From Anaeramoeba ignava BMAN (Eukaryota > Protista > Anaeramoebae), in assembly GCA_028826165.1 (NCBI GenBank), contig JAPDFW010000012.1, positions 1 to 64,000 on the forward strand: a DNA stretch of 64,000 nucleotides, read 5' to 3'. This document shows positions 14,975-27,004 of the stretch, piece after piece. A program made the position numbers and the translations under genes. Each line of letters begins with the position of its first letter. Positions within the stretch are counted from its first letter, which is position 1. Below the pieces are notes generated by a model. It made no database searches and was not told the DNA's origin. It saw only the letters and a program-made list of their open reading frames with translations.

Positions 14975-16270
14975 TTAAAAAAGGTTTTTCTTTTTCAAAA
15001 TTGATTTTCCAAATTCTTCATATTCTTTAATTGAAAAACTTAATTTTTCAAAAATAGGAGAACCACAAAATAAAGCAGTTCCTTTCCAAGGAGAAATAGA
15101 AGGAGAATCTTGAATAGAAATATGAGTTGAGTTTAAATTCAATTCCAAATAATTTTTTTGAACATTTTCATTTTGATTTTGATTTTGATTTTCATTTTCA
15201 TTTGAATTTTCATTTGAATTTTCATTTGAATTTTCATTTTCATTTGGAATGCTTTTAAAATATGAAGGAATTGAATCAAAAAATACTGAAAATTCCTTTA
15301 CAAATCTTCTTTTTAAACCAGGAAATTGAGCAGTTGAACCACAAATAAGAATTTCTTTCAATAAATCTTTTCTCATATAAATTGGGGTTTTTTTAAGAGA
15401 TTCCCAAATAAGTTGATGAATTCCAAAAGTATCAAAACCAATAATATTAGGATCAAAAAGGGGTTCAACACATCTAAATCTCTGGTTGCCAATAGTGATA
15501 ATCTGTCCATCTGGAAGTTCATAATTAATATCATACAAAGAAGAATTTTTTGCCAGTTCAAGTTCTTTTTCAAGATCGAAAACAACAAGTCCAGTTTTTT
15601 CTTTGAGATCAGAAACAATTTCCATTTCTGCGCTTGTTGAGAAACAGTATCCGTTTTCAGTCAAAAGTCTGTTGAAATAGTTTGTCAAATCAAAACCGCC
15701 AAAAGGCAGATTTGTTACTGATTTTTCAACCACTTTTCCGTTATAAATTGGAATACAATGTGTTTTTTTATATCCAATTTCTAAAACAATTCCAGTTGTT
15801 TTGCCTGCATAAACCATTTCCATTTGTGAAGAAAGAAAACCGCCAACGATTGGAATTGAGAATTGTTCAAATAGATTTTCAACGAGTGTGAGATAACTTG
15901 ATTTTTGGAAAATGGGAGAAAAAGTGAAAAAAAACGAATAATTTTCAGCTTCAATTTCAAGTTTTTTGGATAGAATAAAATAAATAAATGAGTTCATTAA
16001 GTCCCAATCTTGAATTGAACCATTTTGTATTAGATCTTCAAATCTGTAGTTTCCAATTGAAGAAAACACAAAATCACTTGAAAATTGTTCTTCTTTACTC
16101 ATTATATCTTTGAATAAGTTGTGAAATATTGGTTTGTTTTTTCTTGTTGGAATGTTAAATTTTGGTGTTTCTTGTAGAGAAAATCCTATTCTTGTACTTC
16201 TTGTTCCAAAATCTACTATTATTTGTTGTTCTTCAAGTGGTGGATCAAATTCAAAATATTCTGTTGTCAT
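14975..16270 (-). CDS. Divergent actin-related protein (intronless)
   Basis: Actin-fold motifs IIVDFGTRSTRIGF, NGSIQDWDLM, GKTTGIVLEIG, STSAEMEIVSDLKEK, YELPDGQIITIGNQRFRCVEPLF, GSTAQFPG, SIKEYEEFG. Confidence 0.9.
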   Translation of the reverse strand: MTTEYFEFDPPLEEQQIIVDFGTRSTRIGFSLQETPKFNIPTRKNKPIFHNLFKDIMSKEEQFSSDFVFSSIGNYRFEDLIQNGSIQDWDLMNSFIYFILSKKLEIEAENYSFFFTFSPIFQKSSYLTLVENLFEQFSIPIVGGFLSSQMEMVYAGKTTGIVLEIGYKKTHCIPIYNGKVVEKSVTNLPFGGFDLTNYFNRLLTENGYCFSTSAEMEIVSDLKEKTGLVVFDLEKELELAKNSSLYDINYELPDGQIITIGNQRFRCVEPLFDPNIIGFDTFGIHQLIWESLKKTPIYMRKDLLKEILICGSTAQFPGLKRRFVKEFSVFFDSIPSYFKSIPNENENSNENSNENSNENENQNQNQNENVQKNYLELNLNSTHISIQDSPSISPWKGTALFCGSPIFEKLSFSIKEYEEFGKSILKKKNLF

Positions 16271-16359
16271 TTAGAATTTTTTATTTAAAAAGAAAAAAAT
16301 GAAAAAAATAAAAATAAAAATGAGAAAAAAATAAAAATATTTTTTTTTTGCTTTTTCTT

Positions 16360-18700
16360 TCCAATTCATTTTCAATTCAATATTTAATTCATTTTCAATC
16401 TTAATTCAATTCAATTCAATTTCAATTCAATCTTAATTCAATCTTAATTCAAATCAATCTTAATTCAAATCAATTCAATATTTAATTCAATCTTAATTCA
16501 ATCTTAATTCAATCTTAATTTAATCTTAATTTAATCTTAATTTAATTCAATCTTAATTTAATCTTAATTTAATCTTAATTTAATCTTAATTTAATTCAAT
16601 CTTAATTTAATTTAATTCAATCTTAATTTAATCTTAATTTAATCTTAATTTAATTCAATCTTAATTTAATTTAATTCAATCTTAATTCAATCTAATTCAA
16701 TATTTAATTCAATCTTAATTTAATCTAAATCTTAATTTAATCTTAATTTAATCTAATTCATTTTCAATCTTAATTTAATCTTAATCTTCTTAATTTAATC
16801 TTAATTCAATCTTAATTCAATCTTAATTCATTTTCAATCTACCCAATTTTAATCTTAATTTAATCTTAATTTTTAAATTCAATTCAATTAATTTAATTTC
16901 AATTTTCAATTTAATTAATTTCAATTTTAATTTAATCTTAATTTAATTTCAATTTAATTCAATTCATTTTTAATTTCAATCTTAATTTTTTAATTTAATT
17001 CAATTTTAATTTGAATTCAATTTTAATTTAATTTAATTTAATTTAATTTAATTTCATTTTCAATTTAATCTTAATTTTAATTTTAATTTCAATATTTAAT
17101 TCATTTCAATTTGATTTCAAATCTTAATTTAATTTCAATTTACCCAAATTTAATTTAATTTAATTTTAATCTTAATTTTAATTTAATTTCAATTTAATTT
17201 AATTTTAATTTAATCTTAATTTAATTTTAATTTTAATTTAATTTAATTTCAATCTTAATTTAATTTCTTATTTATTTTAAAACAATCTTAATTCAATTTT
17301 AATCTTAATTTAATTCAATCTTAATTTTATAATCTTAATTTAATTCATTTTCAATCTTAATTTAATCTAATATTTTTCAATTTCAATCTTAATTTTAATC
17401 TTAAATTTTATTTAATTTTAATCTTAATTTCAATTCCAATTCAATATTTAATTCATTTTCAATCTTAATTTAATCTTAATTTAATTTCAATTCATTTTAA
17501 TTTCAATCTTAATTTGATTTAATTCAATTTCAATTCATTCCTAATTTAATTTAATTCAATTTCAATTTAATCTTAATTTAATTCAATTTCAATCTCAATT
17601 TAATTTAATTCAATCTTAATTTAATTCATTTTCAATCTTAATTTAATCTAATATTATTTCAATTCAATCTTAATTTAATTCAATCTTAATTTAATCTTAA
17701 TCTAATTTAATTTTCACCTTAATTTTCAATTTTATTTCATTCAATTTAATCTTAATTTAATCTTAATTTAATTCAATCTTAATTTAATCTTATTTCAATT
17801 TAATCTTAATTTAATTCAATTTAATCTTAATTTAATTCAATTTAATTCAATTTAATTCAATCTTAATTTAATCTTAATTTAATTCAATTCAATCTAATTC
17901 AATCTTAATTCAAATCAATTCAATATTTAATTCAATTCAATTCAATCTCAATTCAATCTTAATTTAATTTAATCTTAATTTAATTTAATCTAATTCATTT
18001 TCAATCTTAATTTAATCTTAATTCAATTCAATCTTAATTTAATTCAATCTTAATTCAAATCAATCTTAATTCAAATCAATTCAATTCAATTCAATTCAAT
18101 TCAATCTTAATTTAATTCAATCTTAATTTAATCTTAATTTAATCTTAATTTAATCTTAATTTAATTTAATCTAATTCATTTTCAATCTTAATTTAATCTT
18201 AATTTAATTCAATCTTAATTTAATTTAATTCAATCTTAATTTAATCTTAATTTAATCTAATTCAATTTCAATTCAATTCAATTCAATTCAATTTAATTCA
18301 ATCTTAATTCAATCTAATTTCAATTTCAATTCAATCTTAATTTAATCTTAATTTAATTCAATTCAATTCAATTTAATTCAATCTTAATTCAATTCAAATA
18401 ATTCATTTTCAATCTTAATTCAATTCAATTCATTTTCAATTCAATCTTAATTTAATCTTAATTTAATTTAATCTAATTCATTTTCAATCTTAATTTAATC
18501 TTAATCTAATTCAATCTTAATTTCAATTTAATTCATTTTCAATCTTAATTTAATTCAATTCAATTCCAATTCAATCTTAATTCAATCTTAATTTAATCTT
18601 AATTTAATTTAATCTAATTCATTTTCAATCTTAATTTAATCTTAATTTAATTTAATTCATTTTCAATTTAATTCATTTCAAATTTTAAATTCATTCTCAA
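16360..18700. repeat. ~2.3 kb degenerate satellite (AATCTTAATTT / AATTC units)
   Basis: Directly visible between the actin-like gene and the Ro60 stop codon. Confidence 0.9.
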
Positions 18701-18702
18701 AA

Positions 18703-21144
18703 TCAAATTAATCCTAAAACAAAGCTTTGAATAATAGCAGGAGCTTCAGAATCAAATCCAACAACATCAAGCATATATGGATCATCAGGATCAGCAATAG
18801 TAAAATCAGTGGCAGTAAATCCAATAACAACCATACGAGCATCAGGAATTCTCATCTCTTTTCTATATTGCTTCAAGGCTTTTACAGGATGAACTGAACC
18901 CAAAGTTGCTTCACAATCAGTCAAAATAACAAAAACATCAACAGGAATTTTTTTTTCTAAAGCATATTGGATAGGCAAAGAGCAATTTGTTGATCCAAAT
19001 TTAAATTGTTTAAACCCTTCAATTACTTCAAGAAGATTCTTGTTTTTTTTCAAATGATTTGCAGATTGTAACCTTCCCGAAAATGCATAAAGATGAGTTT
19101 CCTTCTCAATCGAAGTGATCACAGCAGACATTGCAGCAGCTCCATCTCTTGCCGTAAGTATGCCATTACTAGACATGACGTGCCAGTCCATTGAGCTGCT
19201 GACATCAACAGAAACAAACCAACGTTTGCCTGTTGGCTCTAATGTGTCGTATGAAAGAATATATGCTTTCTCCAAAGCTGACACTATTTTTTCAACAGGA
19301 TTCCAAGTTAACTTCCCCTTTATTCCTTTTCCTTTTTCATATGTTTTCAAAGCAACAAGGATATTATAAGGGTGGATCCTTGCAGCCTTTAGAATGTCAC
19401 CATTCGTTAGTTTTGATTCTATGTCTTGGATTATTGATGAGTTGTGTCCAATCACACCAATACTGGTTAGTTTTCCTAAATTCCTAATCATCGCCATTAT
19501 CGGCATTTTTTCAAGTAAAGCCTCCCAAACTCTTGTGGAATTGAGATATCTTGTTGGTATATGCTCGCGAACAAGTCCGTAATCGTGGATTAGATTTATA
19601 AGCGAACTCTCTCCACTTGGACTCTTCGCTAGTTCTACAGCCTTGAGAAAACTGTGAACTTTGAGCGTTTCTTCAGTTAAATCCCCTTCATAATCTATTT
19701 GGAATTTCTTTTTTCTCTTTTGCTTTTTTTCTTTTTCTTGTTCAATCCTTTGGCGGATTTCGGTTGTAATAATAAAAGGGTTTTCTGTTGTTGTTTCTAA
19801 AGGATTTAAACTAATCTCGTTTTTTTCGTCTTTTTGTTTTTTTGCTTTTTGTCTTTTATTTTGTTGAATTTCTGTTGGATTTTTTAAAGCATTTTCCTTT
19901 CTACTTTCCATATCATTTTTTTTTATCAATTCCAAAAGTTTTTCTGATTTTTTTTTTGTTGATTTTTGTGTTATTTTTAAAGAAGGTAATTGAGGTGTTT
20001 TTTTTTGCTGAGAATTGAGAACAATTTCATTAATTTTGATTTCTCCATTTTTTTGTTGTTTGTCAAAGATCCATTTATCAACATTTGCGAGAGAAGATTT
20101 CCCAAGAGAAATATACTGGAGAATAAGTTGGATAGCTTGAACTGGAGATTTTGGATGAGAAAGATTTAACACATCACAATGGGACCATCCTTCTCTTTTT
20201 TGATACTTAGTGACCAAATACGCCAATTTCAAGGGGTCTTTTGCCTGTGTGTACCAGCGTGATATTCCGACTCTATGCATTCGACCCCATCCTTTTGATC
20301 CTTTAATTGTTTTTGATATTTCTTTAGTAAATTGAATAAACTTGAAAAAATGTGTTCCAGTTCTACAAACACGAGGAAATACTTTATAAGCCAATTTGGC
20401 AATTTCGCGATTTTTTCTGTCTTGTAAACGTGCGCATATCGCAAGTGCGTAAATTGCTGGATCTTGTTTTGCTACTTTTCCAAGTTCTGAGAATTGCAAT
20501 ATTGTTTTTATCACTTGTTTTCCATATCCTTTACTAATTAAATCAATTACACTTTTTGCATTTTCCATTTTGATTGTTTTTGCTGATGAATAGTAGCTTC
20601 CTCCTTCATATCCCATGCATAGAAATCTTCTTAATCTTATTACTGCATTAACTCTCTTTACTATTTTTTCCCCATTGTTTTGTATTGGTTTTATTTCTCC
20701 ATAAAATTCTTCTTCTTCTTTTTCTTTTTCTTTTTCTTCTCTTTTTGTTATTTTTTCTTCTCCAAATGTTTTTTTTACATAATGTTTTTCTTTTTGTTCT
20801 TGTTTTTTTTCTTTTTCTGTTTGTTTTTTCTGTTTTTTTTTCTCTTCATATTCTTTTTTTTCTTGTTTTGGATTAAATATTTGATTTTCATTTTCAAAGA
20901 AAAAATAATTTTGATTTTGATTTTCATTTTCATTTTGATTTTCATTTTCATTTTCATTTTCATTTTGATTTTCATTTTGATTTATATTTTCATTTTGATT
21001 CTCATTTATATTTTCAATTTGATTTTCATTTATATTTATATTTTGATTTTGATTTATATTTTGATTTTGATTTTCATTTTGATTTATATTTTCATTTTGA
21101 TTCTCATTTATATTTTCATTTTGATTTATATTTTGATTTGACAT
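18703..21144 (-). CDS. RO60: Ro60 (TROVE plus vWA) RNA-binding protein, intronless, with N/Q-rich N-terminal extension and an internal K-rich insertion
   Basis: RLRRFLCMGYEGGSYY, VCRTGTHFFKF, GWGRMHR, KYQKREGWSHCDVLNLSHP, LVREHIPT, MPIMAMIRNLGKLT, ARIHP, MIDAS DVSSSM, TDCE, IADPDDPYMLDVVGFD: all match the Ro60/Rsr family. Confidence 0.95.
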   Translation of the reverse strand: MSNQNINQNENINENQNENINQNENQNQNINQNQNININENQIENINENQNENINQNENQNENENENENQNENENQNQNYFFFENENQIFNPKQEKKEYEEKKKQKKQTEKEKKQEQKEKHYVKKTFGEEKITKREEKEKEKEEEEFYGEIKPIQNNGEKIVKRVNAVIRLRRFLCMGYEGGSYYSSAKTIKMENAKSVIDLISKGYGKQVIKTILQFSELGKVAKQDPAIYALAICARLQDRKNREIAKLAYKVFPRVCRTGTHFFKFIQFTKEISKTIKGSKGWGRMHRVGISRWYTQAKDPLKLAYLVTKYQKREGWSHCDVLNLSHPKSPVQAIQLILQYISLGKSSLANVDKWIFDKQQKNGEIKINEIVLNSQQKKTPQLPSLKITQKSTKKKSEKLLELIKKNDMESRKENALKNPTEIQQNKRQKAKKQKDEKNEISLNPLETTTENPFIITTEIRQRIEQEKEKKQKRKKKFQIDYEGDLTEETLKVHSFLKAVELAKSPSGESSLINLIHDYGLVREHIPTRYLNSTRVWEALLEKMPIMAMIRNLGKLTSIGVIGHNSSIIQDIESKLTNGDILKAARIHPYNILVALKTYEKGKGIKGKLTWNPVEKIVSALEKAYILSYDTLEPTGKRWFVSVDVSSSMDWHVMSSNGILTARDGAAAMSAVITSIEKETHLYAFSGRLQSANHLKKNKNLLEVIEGFKQFKFGSTNCSLPIQYALEKKIPVDVFVILTDCEATLGSVHPVKALKQYRKEMRIPDARMVVIGFTATDFTIADPDDPYMLDVVGFDSEAPAIIQSFVLGLI

Positions 21145-21314
21145 ATTTTTGTGTGTAATTTTGTTTTTGTTTTTTGTAATTATTTTGATATTTAAAAAAA
21201 AATGAAAGAAAAAAAAATGAAAAAAATTTTTTTAAAATTTTTTTTAAAAAACAAATAACGTCATTATTACGTTTGTTAAAGATTTCCAATTTATAAAAAC
21301 AAAAAAAAAGGAAT

Positions 21315-21530
21315 TTTAATTTATATTTAGATTAAATTTTAAAGATCTATTTTATAATTTCTAATTTGTTTTAATTTATATTTAGATTAAATTTTAAAGA
21401 TCTATTTTATAATTTATAATTTGATTTAATTTCTAATTTGATTTAAATTTTAAAGATCTATTTTATAATTTATAATTTGATTTAAATTGTTTTAAATTGT
21501 TTTAAATTGTTTTAAATTGTTTTAAATTGT
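21315..21530. repeat. Three ~58-70 bp imperfect repeats (AAATTTTAAAGATCTATTTTATAATTT core) followed by (TTTAAATTGT)n
   Basis: Directly visible upstream of Ro60. Confidence 0.75.
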
Positions 21531-21705
21531 GTTCCTAATTTTCTTTTCTTTTTCTCAAATTTGGATCAACTAAAAAAAAAAAAAGAAAAGAAATTGAAAA
21601 ATTTTTTTAAAAGAATCAAAAATTAAAAGCATTAATAATACAATAAAATATATAAAAATAATCAAAAAAAAATAATTACCAAAGTATTTCTTTTAGTCAA
21701 TTTTG

Positions 21706-21736
<31 letters not shown>

Positions 21737-21906
21737 TTAGAAGGAAAATTCAGGAAAGGAAAAGAAAAAAAAAAGCAAGAATAAAAACTTCATCATCAAT
21801 AAAGAGATCAGCAAACATCAAAGAGAGAAAGAAAAGGTTTGAATAAAATTAAAACGGTAAAAGAAAGTTAAAACGGAAAAAGAAATAAAACGATCTAAAA
21901 AAAGGA

Positions 21907-24358
21907 TCAATTAAAATTCTTTGATTTTTTTTTTCTTTTTTTTCTTGATCTATCATTCTTAAGTCTCAAAGTATCTTGAGAATCCGTTTGACCACCTTGA
22001 ATTGTAATAAAAGCCTCGCCTGTTTGCCTTTGTTGGTCCTTCAGAAGCTTTAAAGAATGAAGAGGAGTATCATTACTTTCCATTGATTTGATTTTCTTTT
22101 CTCTTTCAAATTTAGCCATAAGTTTATCCTGTTTACGAGCACCTGGTTTTTTCCCGTGGAAAATTCTTGCTATATATTTATAAGCATCTTTTGTGTTTAA
22201 TTCCTGACCAAAGTCATTAATATACTTCAAAATAATGGGGTTCAATTTTAATTCTTTTTCTGGATTTTGATCTTTTGAATTGAATCGATCACCGCGATTT
22301 CTATCACGGTAACTACTGTGACCTCTCTGGCTATTGCGTGCGTTTTGTTGCTCTATCTTCTCTTTCATTTTCTTATCCATCCAATGCTCTTGGTCCTTCG
22401 GTTTGGGTTTAATGTCGCCACGTTTGCGCAAAAATGCAACTGCTCCTGCCATCCCTTTTCCTACAACAGGCTCTTCATTTATCCCTTCGGCGCTTTCTTC
22501 TTTTATCTGTGCATCACTCCCTTCTGTTGTCCATGACTCTTTTGATGTTCTTGTTTTTTTATCTTGTTTATTCTCCCTTTTTTTTTTCTTTGTTTCTTCT
22601 TCTTCTTTTGTTTTTTCTTTTCCATTTTCAATACTTTTTTCTGTTTCTCTTGACTTGTAGTTTTGTTTCTTCTTTCTTTCTCGCGAAGATTCATGTCTCG
22701 CTTTTTTTGTTTTCTGTTTGTTTTCTTCTTCTTCTTTTTCTTTTTCTTTTTCTTTTTCTTCTTTCTTTTTCTTTTTCTTTTTTTTCCGTTTTTTTTTTAA
22801 CATTAAAAATTGAAGATTGATCTTCACCTTCAGTTTGGTCATTAAATTCATGAGCAGCAATAAATTCAGTAATTTCTGTGAGAACAATACCATTATTTTT
22901 TTGTAAATCATCAGAATCATTTTCATTTTCATTTTGATTTTCATTTTGATTTTCATTTGAATTTTTCGATTTTTCAACATATTCTAAAATTTTTTCTGTT
23001 CCTTTCACACTTTCTTTATTCTCAAGATTCCTTTTTGCTCGTGCTAATGAATTCGATACATCTTTCTGGTTCATTTCATCGAAAAACCAGAGACTCTGAT
23101 TGCGTGCTCTTTCCAACGCAAGTTCAAAACGATTCAAAAATTTTGCATTTGATTTTAATTCTTTTTTTTCGTCTTTTTTTTCGCTTGGCAATCCATGATC
23201 ATCAGAAGATTCTGGAACTTGAATATTATCAAGCTCATTGATAAGATCGTCAATTCCTTGCTTTTTGATGTTTGATTTATTCTTCAGTTTTTTTTTTGTT
23301 TTTCTAAATTGGACTTTATTTTGGACAATTTGATTTTTATTCGTTTCCTCATTCAAATTTTGATTAGAAATCACTGATGGATTTTGAATTTTTAAATCAT
23401 GATTTGAATTGAAAGAAAAATTCCGATTTGATTTTTCAATCGGAATATTCCCGTTATTCTGTATTTTCACAGTTGAATTTTTGCCATTCGGTTTTTCATC
23501 CTCGATTGAATATTGAGGAAGAAGAATTTTTTGTTGCTCATCATAAGGATCATAAGCAACTTTCTGGTTCCTTAGCTTCATATTCTTCAAGTCCCTTTCT
23601 CGTTGAAGAACTTCCTCACTTACAAGTTTGACATCACTGTTATTTAATTCGTTTCTATTTTTATCCAATATATTTGTATCTTGCAAAGTTAAAATTGTTT
23701 CTTCTTGATTAATAAGATTGTTTATTCCATGGCCAATCATCATTCCCTTTAAATCTTCATGCGAATAAACTTGATTTTTTTGCCTGTTCAAGTTTTCAAT
23801 AGAAAAATTATAGCTGTCATAATTTTCATCTTGTTCTTCCAACAATTTTGCTTGCATTTCTGCCTTTCTTTTTTCCTCCTCAAGCCGCTCAAGTTCGAGC
23901 TCACGGTTCTTTTGCACCCATTTCAATGTCTCTTCCTCGTTTCTATTTTTTTTATGCACTCTAGATCTTTTTTCTAAATTTGAATGTTCTTCTTTTTTCC
24001 GTTTTTTTTTTTTCTCTTTAATTTGTTGGATTAACGGCTTGTCAAGTTCTAACTTGATAATTTTTTTTGGTTTTTTCTCTTTGTGTTTTTTCCTGTCTTT
24101 GTTTTCCTTTTTCTTATTTTTTTCTTGATTTTTTGATTGATTTGATTGTTGTTCTTTTTCATATTTTTCTTTTGCTTTTTTAAACTCTAAAAGATCAGCT
24201 TCTTTTTGTTCTTTTGCTTTCTTTTCTTCTTCTGTTAAAGTTTGTTGAGCATTTGGTTTTTGTTGTGTGGTTGATTTATTAAGTGGTTTGAGACCTAATT
24301 TTCTTCTAAGTTCATCAGTTTCTTCAATTGATAAAGATTTTTTAAAGTCTGACGACAT
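21907..24358 (-). CDS. SART1: SART1/Snu66 U4/U6.U5 tri-snRNP protein; one frameshift in the poly-A run near 22790
   Basis: HIND motif SLSIEETDELRRKLGLKPL; ETILTLQDTNIL; YINDFGQELNTKDAYKYIARIFHGKKPG; DTPLHSL. The two track ORFs overlap across a homopolymer. Confidence 0.93.
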
Positions 24359-24399
24359 TTTTAAAAAAGAAAAAAAAATGAAAAAAATGAAAAATGAAA

Positions 24400-25810
24400 A
24401 ATGAAAAAAAAATATTTATAAATTTTTAAACATCAAAAAAAAAAGGAGAATTAGGATTAATTTAAAATTTCTTTTCCTTTCTTTTCTTTAATTCTAATTC
24501 TCTTGCTAATTTATTCTTTTGTTTTTAAAAAAAATGAAAAAAATGGAAAAAAAATATTTTTTATTTATAATTTTTTATTTAAATTTTTAAACATCAAAAA
24601 AAAAAGGAGAATTAGGATTAATTTAAAATTTCTTTTCCTCTCTTTTCTTTAATTCTAATTCTCTTGCTAATTTATTCTTTTGTTTTTAAAAAAATGAAAA
24701 AAATGGAGAAAAAATATATTTTATTTATAATTTTTATTTAATTTTTTAAACATCAAAAAAAAAAGGAGAATTAGGATTAATTTAAAATTTCTTTTCCTTT
24801 CTTTTCTTTAATTCTAATTCTCTTGCTAATTTATTCTTTTGTTTTTAAAAAAAAATGAAAAAAATGGAAAAAATATTTATAAATTTTTAAACATCAAAAA
24901 AAAAAGGAGAACTAGAATTAATTTAAAATTTCTTTTCCTTTCTTTTCTTTAATTCTAATTCTCTTGCTAATTTACTCTTTTGTTTTTAAAAAAAAATGAA
25001 AAAAATGAGAAAAAATATTTTTTATTTATAATTTTTTATTTAAATTTTTAAACATCAAAAAAAAAAGGAGAATTAGGATTAATTTAAAATTTCTTTTCTT
25101 TTCTTTTCTTTAATTCTAATTCTCTTGCTAATTTACTCTTTTGTTTTTAAAAAAAAAGAAAAAAATGGAAAAAAAATATTTTTTATTTATAATTTTTTAT
25201 TTAAATTTTTAAACATCAAAAAAAAAAGGAGAATTAGGATTAATTTAAAATTTCTTTTCTTTTGATTTCTTTAATTCTAATTCTCTTGCTAATTTATTCT
25301 TTTGTTTTTAAAAAAAAAGAAAAAAATGGAGAAAAAATATTTTTTATTTATAATTTTTTATTTAAATTTTTAAACATCAAAAAAAAAAGGAGAATTAGGA
25401 TTAATTTAAAATTTCTTTTCCTCTCTTTTCTTTAATTCTAATTCTCTTGCTAATTTATTCTTTTGTTTTTAAAAAAAAATGAAAAAAATGGAGAAAAAAT
25501 ATATTTTATTTATAATTTTTTATTTAATTTTTTAAACATCAAAAAAAAAAGGAGAATTAGGATTAATTTAAAATTTCTTTTCTTTTCTTTTCTTTAATTC
25601 TAATTCTCTTGCTAATTTACTCTTTTGTTTTTAAAAAAAAAAGAAAAAAATGAGAAAAAATATATTTTATTTATAATTTTTTATTTAAATTTTTAAACAT
25701 CAAAAAAAAAAGGAGAATTAGGATTAATTTAAAATTTCTTTTCTTTTCTTTTCTTTAATTCTAATTCTCTTGCTAATTTACTCTTTTGTTTTTAAAAAAA
25801 AAAGAAGAAA
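24400..25810. repeat. Tandem array of 9 copies of a ~161 bp unit
   Basis: Anchor CATC-A(n)-GGAGAA at about 24431, 24592, 24751, 24892, 25053, 25214, 25375, 25537 and 25698. Confidence 0.95.
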
Positions 25811-25920
25811 ATGAAAAAAAACTAAAGTTGGTTTTATTCTTCTTTTTTTTTACAAATCTTTTCAAACAAAAAAAAACAATTTAAATCAAATAAAAATAAA
25901 AATAATCCAATAAATTGCAA

Positions 25921-27004
25921 TTAATCTTCTTTTTTTGAATTTGTTTTCTTTTTGGTTTTTCTTTTCTTTTTGTTTAATTGTTCCTAAAAAAAAAATAAAA
26001 TAAAAAAATTTAAATAAAAAAATTTAAGATCGTTTTGATCAATAAAAAAATTTCTTAAAAATAAAGAAGATCAATAACCCCCTTTTATTTTTAATATAAT
26101 ATAATATAATATAATATAATATTGTTTTTTTACTTACTTTCAGTTTTTCATTTTCAATTCTAAGCTTTTCAACTTCTTTTAAGATCTTTTTTTGAGTTGT
26201 TTCTAATTTTCTAATTTTATGTTCATATTTTTCAAGTTTTCTTTTTGTTCTTTCTCTACTTTTTTTTGCACTTTGTCTGTTTTTAATCATTCTTCTTAAT
26301 TTCTTTTGTTCAGGGGATAATAACTTGATTTGTTTTCTTGTCATTTTTCCTGAAAGATCAATTCCATTTATTTGGGGGATTTCTTTTGAATTTTTGGATT
26401 TCTTTACATTTTCATTTTGATTTTCAATTTGATTTTCATTTTGATTTTCAATTTCATTTCCAATTTGGTTTTCATTTTGATTTTCAATTTCATTTCCAAT
26501 TTGGTTTTCATTTCCAATTTCATTTCCAATTTGATTTTGATTTTCAATTTGATTTTCATTTAAATTTTGATTTTGATTTTGATTTTGATTTTGATTCAAA
26601 TAATAATTTTCATGTTGAATTTGAATTTCATTCTGATTTTCATTTTGATCTCTTTGTTGTGTGATCACTAATTTATTTTCATTTTCATTTTCTTTCTTTA
26701 AATTTTCTTGTTGAATTGCCATAATTTCGTTAGGTTGAGGAACTATTTATTATTTTAAATTTATTTTTTTTCAAAAATTAATTTTAAATTAAAAAAGTTA
26801 AACAGATCAAAAAGTTATTTTTTTTTAAAAGATTTGTTGGAATGATCTTAATTTTTTTTTTGTTTTGGTTTTTTTTCAATCATTTGATTTTAATATTATT
26901 AATAATATTTTACCTATAATTTCATCTGGTTCAAAATCTGAAAAACTATCTTTTGAAAGATCATATTCATCATCTGAAGAAGTAAAAGGATGCATTTTAA
27001 ACAT
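25921..27004 (-). CDS. bZIP transcription factor, 3 exons (start at 27004 or 26995)
   Basis: Basic region RRMIKNRQSAKKSRERTKR followed by a heptad zipper (LEKYEHKIRKLETTQKKILKEVEKLRIENEKL). Introns 26743-26913 and 25984-26137 (GTAAGT donor) keep frame; stop at 25921-25923. Confidence 0.88.

Noticed and set aside
19660-20100. Ro60 internal insertion as an intein
   Set aside because: No N-terminal Cys/Ser block, no His-Asn followed by Cys/Ser/Thr, no LAGLIDADG motif; it is low-complexity K/Q/E sequence. I saw no intein signature in any other ORF either.
21248-21278. Small imperfect hairpin upstream of Ro60 as a Y RNA
   Set aside because: Too short and AT-rich, and lacks the conserved bulged Ro-binding stem
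24400-25810. Regularly spaced repeats as a CRISPR array
   Set aside because: Whole units are repeated with no unique spacers; no cas genes; eukaryotic context. The same applies to 38440-39460 and 40640-43805.
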